Below the pieces are notes generated by a model. It was not told the DNA's origin. It did not search any database and saw nothing but the letters and a program-made list of their open reading frames with translations. A stretch of 31,500 nt of DNA from positions 1 to 31,500 of the forward strand of contig NBVN01000008.1 in NCBI GenBank assembly GCA_003056265.1, given 5' to 3'. Position 1 is the stretch's first letter. The number at the start of each line of letters is the position of its first letter. Both the position numbers and the translations under genes were made by a program. Shown in pieces: positions 17,427 through 24,581 of this stretch. This DNA comes from Zestosphaera tikiterensis (GTDB lineage Archaea; Thermoproteota; Thermoprotei_A; Sulfolobales; NBVN01).

Positions 17427-18277
17427 GGCTCTTAAAGACCCTTGAGGGGTCTTATAAGCCGGGTGCTAGTGAGCTCCCACTGCTAGCCGAGGTTGCTAGG
17501 ATGAATAAGCTTTACCTAGCCTTCCTCAGGGCTGTAAGGGATAGCCTCCCGGGTGAGTGGGCTTCTGAGGAGGAGAGGTTTAGGAGGTATATTGGGGGCT
17601 CACTAGAGGTTGCAAAGGCCTTGAGGGGCCTTAGATACGGGTTCTACAAGTTCCGGAGGCCGGTGGACCACGTCTCCGTCGACCTAGACCTATTAATCCA
17701 CGTTGACGACGTTAGGGAGGCTGTTAGGAGGCTTACTAGTAGGGGGTTCAGGATCGCTGTTTCAGAGCCCTACACGGTTACACTTAAGCGCGGGGGCTTC
17801 ATTGTAGACCTCTACACCCACCCATCCTTCGCTTGGATAGTTTACATGGATGGATTAAGGATCCTGAAGGACTACTCAGAGGAGTTCGAGGTCAACGGCA
17901 CGTATGTATCGGGGATAACTAGGGAGGCTGAGGTAGCTGTAGCGGCTGCCCACGCAGTATATAAGGAGCACATGATCCTACTCATAGACTGCTTAACGGC
18001 ATGGAGCTGGCTTACGGGGAGGACTATATGCGTTGCTGAAGAGCTTGGAGCTAGGAGAGCACTTGAAAAACTCCTCAACATCTGTAGAGAAATAAGGGTA
18101 GGCATTAGTGAAGCACCATATAAGCTCCCACACTCATCCCTTCTAGAAATCTACGCAGAGAAGTTCTCTGAAGACCCTACCTTCAGAGCCACAATAATGA
18201 ACATCCTAAGGTACGTAGTAAAGCGTGGAGACTCCGGAAGAGCAATCCTACAGAGACTCACAAGGAAGAGTTACTAG
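17408..18277 (+). CDS. nucleotidyltransferase-fold protein (NTP_transf_5-like)
   Basis: The motif HVSVDLDLLIHVDDVREAVRRLTSRGFRI (Dx D carboxylates) sits in a 289-aa protein of the size and shape of the 'uncharacterised nucleotidyltransferase' family. It overlaps the upstream gene by 19 nt. Confidence 0.5.
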   Translation: MYGASLRLLKTLEGSYKPGASELPLLAEVARMNKLYLAFLRAVRDSLPGEWASEEERFRRYIGGSLEVAKALRGLRYGFYKFRRPVDHVSVDLDLLIHVDDVREAVRRLTSRGFRIAVSEPYTVTLKRGGFIVDLYTHPSFAWIVYMDGLRILKDYSEEFEVNGTYVSGITREAEVAVAAAHAVYKEHMILLIDCLTAWSWLTGRTICVAEELGARRALEKLLNICREIRVGISEAPYKLPHSSLLEIYAEKFSEDPTFRATIMNILRYVVKRGDSGRAILQRLTRKSY

Positions 18278-18728
18278 CTTTATTAATTGCTAAACCTTCC
18301 TTCAATAAATAGAGTAAAGCCACCTTAAAGAACCATAGCGTTGAGGCATTACACGTATGAGATCGCTAAGCTAACTTTAACTAAGCTTACTAAGAGTAAT
18401 CGTTAAAGGTTTAATTAAGTCTGGGTTTTAAGCACTCCTAGTTACTTCCTGAAGATATTTGAGGTTTTTAATGCGATGTTATTAGTTACTATTACTTAAG
18501 AACTTAAAGCTTAGGAAAACATCTTAAGATTTGCTTAACTCCCGCGTTAACTATATTCTCAACCTTAACATTCTTTTTGAAGTTTAAACGAAGCTGAATT
18601 TCCACCTCATTAAGCTTTCAGATATTCTAAATGTTTAGCTGGAGCAATTTAAATATTGCTAAGCATTTAATAGTTAATATGCGGTGATCGCTAAATAGCT
18701 AACCCTCTGATGTTTTGTGGTGTGATAA

Positions 18729-19796
18729 ATGGGGAAACCTAGGATTTGTGCTGTAGTTGTTACGTTTAATCGTAGGGAGCTTCTCTTAAAGTGTTTGGAA
18801 GCTTTAAGAAGGCAAACCTACCCATTAGATGCTATTTTTATAGTTGACGGTCCCTCGACGGATGGGACTCCGGAAGCCCTGTTAGAGTATGGGTATATTA
18901 AAGAACTTCCTCCGAAGAAAGGAAGTCTATCTTGGGAAACTACAAACAGCATCTACGGTCGGGATAAAGCGAATATAGAAGTACATTATGTTAGGCTATA
19001 TAGCGATGTTGGAGGTTCGGGTGAGTTTCATGAAGGAATTAAAAAGGCTTACGTGAGAGGATGCGATTGGATTTGGTTAATGGACGACGATGCTGAACCT
19101 AAGGAAGATGCTTTGGAGAAATTAACATGCTATCTAAATTTACCAAACGCTATAGCACTGTCGTGTCTGAAAATCGATGAAAACGGTAATGTCATATACC
19201 CTCATATCGGATACCTTCAATTCGAACATGTAATTAAGCACCATATTATCAAACCTATAAGTGACTCTAATTACAGAGGTAGGGAATTCGTAGAGATAGA
19301 TTTCTCTTCTTTTGTTGGTTTACTTCTGAATTCACGCGCGGTTAAAAACATCGGACTTCCAGATAAGCGGTTTTTTATAACTCAGGACGATGTTGAATAC
19401 TGCATTCGCTTAAACTTAAGAAACGTTGGGAAAATATACTTAATTCCTAAAAGCGTTATAACGCATAAGGAAAGTCTAAAAAAGAAAGATTTAATTGAGA
19501 AGAGGTTCTTAGGAAGAAGGTTCTATAGAATACCTTATAACAAGCTTTGGAAGACATACTATGGATTAAGAAACTTCATATATTTAGGGAGAATATACTC
19601 TAAAAACCAAATCACGTTTATAAGTGAACTACTAAGTTGGTATATTAAATCCATAATTAAAATCATCATTTTTGATGATTTCAAAATTAAGAGAATCTGG
19701 TTTCTAACATCAGCGGTTACGGACGGCTTAAAAGGTGTATTCGATAATGAAAAACCTAGGCGAATTCTATATGGTGAGTATAGGTTAGTGAGATAA
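18729..19796 (+). CDS. family 2 glycosyltransferase (rhamnosyltransferase/WbbL-like, soluble)
   Basis: Motifs are ICAVVVTFNRRELLLKCLEALRRQTYPLDAIFIVDGPSTDGT and the DxD WLMDDDAEP. GGTG lies upstream of ATG-18729. Confidence 0.9.
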   Translation: MGKPRICAVVVTFNRRELLLKCLEALRRQTYPLDAIFIVDGPSTDGTPEALLEYGYIKELPPKKGSLSWETTNSIYGRDKANIEVHYVRLYSDVGGSGEFHEGIKKAYVRGCDWIWLMDDDAEPKEDALEKLTCYLNLPNAIALSCLKIDENGNVIYPHIGYLQFEHVIKHHIIKPISDSNYRGREFVEIDFSSFVGLLLNSRAVKNIGLPDKRFFITQDDVEYCIRLNLRNVGKIYLIPKSVITHKESLKKKDLIEKRFLGRRFYRIPYNKLWKTYYGLRNFIYLGRIYSKNQITFISELLSWYIKSIIKIIIFDDFKIKRIWFLTSAVTDGLKGVFDNEKPRRILYGEYRLVR

Positions 19797-19881
19797 GAAG
19801 TAAATTTTAGAGTTAATTATCCTTAACGAAAAGATGGAGAAGGCACTCACTATCAGGGGGTAAACCGATAGATAAGGGAGG

Positions 19882-20373
19882 TTATTTCAGTGATTTTGAA
19901 AGGAACTCTATAAATCTTTCAAGAGCCCTTCTGTATTTATGGTAGGTGGATTCACTTATGCTGTGTTCTTTCAAGTAATCTTCTAGGAATTCCTTTATGG
20001 TTTCATCTTTTAATTCTAAGGGGTTTATATGCTTGTCTTTAATCCATGAGGCAAACCTTCTAATAATGAATGTCCCTTTCTTAACTTTTTCTTCATTGAT
20101 GTATTTCCTCACAAGCTCTTCTACGTTGCCGATTTCAACAACTCCTGTGGGTTCTCCACTTATAGCAACTCCTAAAGATGAGGTTTCCCGACCTTTTTCA
20201 AAACCTCTTTTATATGCTTCATAATAATATGTTAGGATATTAGCCATAAGCTGGCTTGGTTCCATAGCGATTTCCTTTGAAAATTCCTCAAGCCATTCTA
20301 CTAGATGTTTCGGCAACTTAATTTCTATGGTTTTAAAGTTATGTAAGTCCTTCAAAGTTCTCAACCCTCTCAA
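19882..20373 (-). CDS. ParA partner: N-terminal ribbon-helix-helix domain fused to an integrase-type SAM-like (core-binding) domain
   Basis: It overlaps the 3' end of parA (TTG-20373 or TTG-20364). The RHH pattern is TIEIKLPKHLVEWLEEFSKEIAMEPSQLMANILTYYYEAY. The C-terminus (LKDETIKEFLEDYLKEHSISESTYHKYRRALERFIEFL) resembles the phage-integrase N-terminal SAM-like domain. There is no catalytic domain. Confidence 0.55.
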   Translation of the reverse strand: MRGLRTLKDLHNFKTIEIKLPKHLVEWLEEFSKEIAMEPSQLMANILTYYYEAYKRGFEKGRETSSLGVAISGEPTGVVEIGNVEELVRKYINEEKVKKGTFIIRRFASWIKDKHINPLELKDETIKEFLEDYLKEHSISESTYHKYRRALERFIEFLSKSLK

Positions 20374-21199
20374 GAACTTCTCTTGCTAAAGTATCTATAT
20401 TCTGCCTTAACTCGTTATTTCTCTCCATAACCCTATTTAACGGTAACTCCCACCTCCTAGGCCTATACATCAAGTCTTTAAGCTCTTCATACCTATATAT
20501 GATTGTGTTGAAGAAAGGCTTCTTATAGAAGCGCTCACGTACGGTAGGCGGTAGTTGATGGAGGAACTTCGTGAACGCGTGATCAACGCTGTTGAGGGTG
20601 TTACCACTTACTTTTCTGGTAACGTTAATCACTATAATACCTAATATCTTTAATTCCTTCTTACTCTTCATTATAACGTCCGGAAGTATATCCTTCACTA
20701 GAAGCTTAACTCCAGCAAGCGAAAGTTCCTCTAAATTCGACGGAACTAACACATAGTCTGCAGCGTATAAACCCCATATAGTCGGTGGGAAGAGCTCTGG
20801 AGGGGTATCGCATAATATGAAGTTATAGTCTCTATTTATAGCAGGCTCCATTTGAATCCTAGAGTTAATAGCGTAGGGATCCCACGACGGAATCATACCT
20901 CTATACGTATTCACTATATAGTTAAGGCCTGACGGTATGATACCCATCCTACCCCTAGTGCTGGTATCTACCTTACGTATCACGAACTTCACGCCTTGCG
21001 CCATCTCTATTATGCCATCCCTCACATTCTCAAGATCAGTTATCTTCAAAAAGAACGATGATAAATGCGACTGAGGATCTAAATCCATCAGTAGAACATT
21101 ATACCCCCGAGCAACTAAAGCATGACCGAGTAACGCGGTAAGAGTTGTTTTACCAGTGCCGCCTTTCTGGTTTGTAATAGTCAACACTTTAGGCGGCAT
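20339..21199 (-). CDS. parA: ParA/MinD-family partition ATPase
   Basis: The deviant Walker A is ITNQKGGTGKTTLTALL. Other motifs are LLMDLDPQ and ILCDTPP (Walker B region). It is 286 aa with a C-terminal extension. Confidence 0.9.
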   Translation of the reverse strand: MPPKVLTITNQKGGTGKTTLTALLGHALVARGYNVLLMDLDPQSHLSSFFLKITDLENVRDGIIEMAQGVKFVIRKVDTSTRGRMGIIPSGLNYIVNTYRGMIPSWDPYAINSRIQMEPAINRDYNFILCDTPPELFPPTIWGLYAADYVLVPSNLEELSLAGVKLLVKDILPDVIMKSKKELKILGIIVINVTRKVSGNTLNSVDHAFTKFLHQLPPTVRERFYKKPFFNTIIYRYEELKDLMYRPRRWELPLNRVMERNNELRQNIDTLAREVLERVENFEGLT

Positions 21200-21236
21200 T
21201 AACTCCCTTCCTCACATTCTTAATAACGTTATGAAA

Positions 21237-21244
21237 AATATAAA
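21237..21244 (-). promoter_or_regulatory. TATA-box-like element for the parA operon
   Basis: The minus strand reads TTTATATT about 40 nt upstream of ATG-21199. The 10-nt palindrome ATAACGTTAT (21223-21232) lies between it and the start codon. Confidence 0.3.
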
Positions 21245-21332
21245 TCCCTTATTTTAGAGGCACCTAAACAACTCTGGAAATCGCCTAAGGAGTTTAACCA
21301 AGGATATTAGTTCACCTGAAGAGCTTGTTAAC

Positions 21333-21680
21333 GTGACTTTTAACTATAGGTGTAAAGACCCCATAGCAAGTACTATACTTAATCGTGACGTTTACATCAC
21401 TATAAGACTTACACAGATCTATGAAGAGATGCTTGAATTAGCGAAGCTCATCGCTGAACTTAAGCCTAAAGCCGTTCTTGAAATCGGTACTGCTGGCGGC
21501 GGTACTCTCTTCCTATGGTGTAGACTAGCATCAGATGATGCTAGGATCATAAGCGTAGACCTTCCAGGAGGTCCTTTCGGAGGTGGTTACCCTATCTGGA
21601 GGGGGATTCTCTATAAGTACTTCAAGAAGCCTAAGCAAGAACTTCACCCTGATCCTAGCTCTAGACACTCTAGGTCGTGA
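21333..21680 (+). pseudogene. truncated class I SAM-dependent methyltransferase (Methyltransf_24/CmcI-like N-terminal half)
   Basis: It contains KPKAVLEIGTAGGGTLFLW (motif I), IISVDLPGGPFGGGYP and KQELH. The expected continuation (LI.GDSH... and about 100 more residues) is missing, and the ORF ends 40 nt before the next TA cassette. Confidence 0.55.
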
Positions 21681-21734
21681 AGGTGCATACCTATTTAAGT
21701 CTTGGAGACCTAGTGTAGCTTGGGGATAGATGCG

Positions 21735-21956
21735 ATGGCTAAAATAGTTCGTGCTAGGTACGAGAATGGTGTTTTGAGGCCTTTGGAGAGGCTTGATCTT
21801 GAGGAAGGGGAGGAGGTGAAGATAGCGATTTTACCTAAGGAGTTCCCCGAGCTCGTTGAGGAGGTGGAGGCTATGGCTAGGGAGGACGTCGACGAGGTTC
21901 TTAGGGAGGGTAGAGAGCGTTGGGTGGAGTGGTACTCGATACGAGCGTCATCATAA
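21735..21956 (+). CDS. DUF104 (AF2212-like) antitoxin of a VapC toxin
   Basis: MAKIVRARYENGVLRPLERLDLEEGEEVKIAI is the family signature. It overlaps the start of the downstream PIN gene. I prefer ATG-21735 to the tracked TTG-21720. Confidence 0.75.
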   Translation: MAKIVRARYENGVLRPLERLDLEEGEEVKIAILPKEFPELVEEVEAMAREDVDEVLREGRERWVEWYSIRASS

Positions 21957-22417
21957 AAGCGGTTCTGAAACCAGGTAAATGGCTGCCGGGAAGCGTTTAC
22001 GAGCGTGAGCTTGAGACTCATAGGAAATCAAGGCTATTGATCAGGTTGTTGAATGAGAAAGGGGTTGAGGTTCTCATACCTTTCGCCGCTCTTGTAGAGA
22101 TAGCGGGTGTGTTGACTAGGTTAGTATCGAGAGACCTGGCTATGGAGGTTGTTGAGTCGTTGAGAGCCACGAGGAGCTATCGCATAGTGTACGAGGAGGA
22201 GATTAGGGATCACGTAATTGAGACAGCCCTTAGCACCGGCTCAAGCGGTTTCAATACCTACTTCATAGCCATAGCCAAGCTCTACAACGCAACGTTGATA
22301 ACGGACGACGAGCCTATGTCCATACGCACAGAGCGCGTAGGAGTGAACACAATCCTCGTAAGGAAAACAGGTACCGAGGAACTAATAGCCAAGATCAATG
22401 AAATCAGTAGGGAGTAG
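21929..22417 (+). CDS. vapC: PIN-domain ribonuclease toxin (VapC)
   Basis: Motifs are (M)VLDTSVIIKA, LVEIAGVL and ATLITDDEP. Asn stands where the third acidic residue is expected (GFNTYFIAIA versus the usual D-A-xxx-A-x-A). The start is GTG-21929 or TTG-21920. Confidence 0.85.
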   Translation: MVLDTSVIIKAVLKPGKWLPGSVYERELETHRKSRLLIRLLNEKGVEVLIPFAALVEIAGVLTRLVSRDLAMEVVESLRATRSYRIVYEEEIRDHVIETALSTGSSGFNTYFIAIAKLYNATLITDDEPMSIRTERVGVNTILVRKTGTEELIAKINEISRE

Positions 22418-22438
22418 CCAGTGTACCATTAGTGAGGG

Positions 22439-22718
22439 TTGACGCCAGGGATCTCCAGGGGTTACCATAAGGTAACTGTTTCGGCTAGGATCAGGAGGGG
22501 CTTTTACGAAATCTTAGGAGATATGGAGTAGTTATTAGCTATGTTATCATGAAGGTTTTAGAGGAGGAAGTTATGAAGAGGGAGGATGAGGAAGTTATGA
22601 AGGCGTTAAGGAAGGCTCAGAAGATATTAGCGAAGATACCGCTGGAGGAGGTAGTTAACGTGATAAGGAGTAGTCGTGAGGAGAGATGAAGCGAGTTTAC
22701 GATTCTTCACACTACTAA
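22439..22718 (+). pseudogene. decayed vapBC-like locus: frameshifted RHH antitoxin plus a 10-codon PIN stub
   Basis: Frame A (22439-22531) encodes ..KVTVSARIRRGFYEILGDME*. Frame A-1 is open from 22471 and encodes ..LRRYGVVISYVIMKVLEEEVMKRE...IPLEEVVNVIRSSREER* (ending 22689). Joined, these read like one RHH antitoxin. ATG-22686 overlaps the stop (ATGA) and gives MKRVYDSSHY*. Confidence 0.35.
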
Positions 22719-22970
22719 CTACCTACCTATAAATATTACAACGCTTACGCTGTACGAGACGGCTAACCCTTCCCGTCCTGAGAGGCAAAGGTTCCTTTAG
22801 AAAGTTCAGCAGTCTGCATCCTGTCTTTAAAAGATAAGCTGGACAAGCTTACGAGAGGGAGCTATCAGCTTTCGTTAGCTGGTAATCTACCTCAATAAGT
22901 AGATCGCTTATGCTTGAAATGCTTGCTTATATTACTTACTTCGGCATGCTCTATATAGGAGGTATTTAAG

Positions 22971-23246
22971 GTGGTTAAGGTTAAGACTAGCATATACGTG
23001 GATAGGGAGTTGTGGGAGAGGTTTAAGAAGTATGCGTTACGGAAGGGTGTGGAGGTTAGTAAGCTTCTTGAAGAGATGGTTAGAGACGAAATGATTGAAG
23101 AGACTTTGGATGAGGCGTTGTTGAGTATGGTTGGTTCGGAGGATTACGAGATAGATTTCAAGCCTATCAAGCCTGGAGAAGGTCTTGTAAGCGAGTTGAT
23201 TAGAGTTGCGAGGGAAGAGGGAGCTAGCGATATACGTAGACAGTAG
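22971..23246 (+). CDS. vapB: ribbon-helix-helix (CopG-like) antitoxin
   Basis: AGGAGG lies 6 nt upstream of GTG-22971. The RHH pattern is KTSIYVDRELWERFKKYALRKGVEVSKLLEEMV. It overlaps the downstream PIN gene by 41 nt. Confidence 0.8.
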   Translation: MVKVKTSIYVDRELWERFKKYALRKGVEVSKLLEEMVRDEMIEETLDEALLSMVGSEDYEIDFKPIKPGEGLVSELIRVAREEGASDIRRQ

Positions 23247-23670
23247 TGCTAGTGCTATAGTGAAGAGGTATATTGAAGAGCTGGGAAGTAATGTTGTAAG
23301 GGAGCTCTATTTAAAAGCATACTCTGGGGGTCTTCCTATCATTCAGCGTATGGAATGTTGGGGGTTAGGAGCGTTTGATAGAGCTAAAGTTATCGGTAGA
23401 GTGGATGAGGAGACATACATCACGGTTAGGAGGAGATTCCTGTTAGAGACTAGGAGGATGGCGAGGCTGAGATCCCTGCGGGTAGTCCCGTTGAGGATGG
23501 GGATCCTAGTGGAGGGCTGGAAGCTCATAGAGAAGTATCACATCTACGAAGCCGACGCTATACAACTCGCTTCAGCAAAATACGTGAATGCTTCACAGTT
23601 TCTAACAGGGGATAAGCAACTTCATGAAGTAGCTACAGAAGAGAAGCTAAATAGCGTGTATTTAAGATAG
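23206..23670 (+). CDS. vapC: PIN-domain ribonuclease toxin (VapC)
   Basis: Motifs are AIYVDSSASAIVKRYIEE, IYEADAIQLASA and FLTGDKQL. TTG-23206 is the only start upstream of the first Asp. Confidence 0.85.
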   Translation: MRGKRELAIYVDSSASAIVKRYIEELGSNVVRELYLKAYSGGLPIIQRMECWGLGAFDRAKVIGRVDEETYITVRRRFLLETRRMARLRSLRVVPLRMGILVEGWKLIEKYHIYEADAIQLASAKYVNASQFLTGDKQLHEVATEEKLNSVYLR

Positions 23671-23908
23671 GAATTAAATATTCAATTAAAGATTAGTGGC
23701 TAACCACGCATTTACTTCACGAACACAAAACCGCATATAGCGAACCGCATAGACGTTCGTAAGCATGATTTAATGAGCAGTGGCGTGCTTAACAAGGGTT
23801 AGATACGTTAGAGGAAGAACTTAGTATAATCAGTAGATGCTGATGTGCTTCCGTTCTTTCATTTTTATTTATTTTAAAGTCTAGAGTTTATAGAGAGAGT
23901 GTAGTATT

Positions 23909-24577
23909 ATGGATTTTAGGTTCTATGGAGATATTGATGATGTAGACGATAGTAGTATAGTGTTTGATAGGAGCAGTAGGACCGTGTATTTATTTAAGCC
24001 TAGGCTTAATCCTGAGGATGAGATTGCTTTAAGATTTTCACGTATTCTTGAGAAGCTTAGGATAGAGTATGTTGTTGTAGCTGGATATATAGCTATCCTC
24101 TTCGGTAGAGGTCGTAGGACTGAGGACCTAGATTTTATAGTAATGCCCCTCACTGAGGATATGTTTGTGGATTTATGTAGGGAAGTATCTGAAGAAGGTT
24201 TTACGTTAATGCAGGGTGATGTAAGGCTTGAATCGTCTGTAAGGAGTGTTTATAGAGACTATTTAGCGAAGGGCTACAGCGTTAGATTTATGTATGGAGA
24301 CGTTATCTTCCCCAATGTTGAATTTAAATTCTCTTCAACAACTATTCATAAACATGCCCTCAACAACAGCTACAGAGTCGTTATAAACGATGAACACACT
24401 GTTAAGATATCCCCACCAGAGCTTCAGATAGTATATAAGCTATATCTAGGGTCAGATAAAGACGTAGGTGATGCTGTATTCCTTTATACACTTTTAAAGG
24501 ATGATATCGACGTTAACGAACTTGAAAGATGGTGTAGGGAGTTAAAGGTTAATTGCAGTGTTCTCGAAGGTGTATAA
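23909..24577 (+). CDS. Pol-beta-superfamily nucleotidyltransferase-fold protein
   Basis: VVVAGYIAILFGRGRRTEDLDFIV matches the G[GS]x(n)DxD pattern seen in AbiEii/MNT-like nucleotidyltransferases. A TATA-like TTTTATTTATTTTAAA lies about 35 nt upstream. Confidence 0.55.
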   Translation: MDFRFYGDIDDVDDSSIVFDRSSRTVYLFKPRLNPEDEIALRFSRILEKLRIEYVVVAGYIAILFGRGRRTEDLDFIVMPLTEDMFVDLCREVSEEGFTLMQGDVRLESSVRSVYRDYLAKGYSVRFMYGDVIFPNVEFKFSSTTIHKHALNNSYRVVINDEHTVKISPPELQIVYKLYLGSDKDVGDAVFLYTLLKDDIDVNELERWCRELKVNCSVLEGV

Positions 24578-24581
24578 GGCT

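Noticed and set aside
21223-21232. A perfect 10-nt palindrome, ATAACGTTAT, in the parA promoter.
   Set aside because: It fails as stand-alone evidence, because 10-nt palindromes are expected about 30 times in a window this size (4^-5 per position). I keep it only as a testable operator candidate because of its position between the TATA-like box and the start codon.
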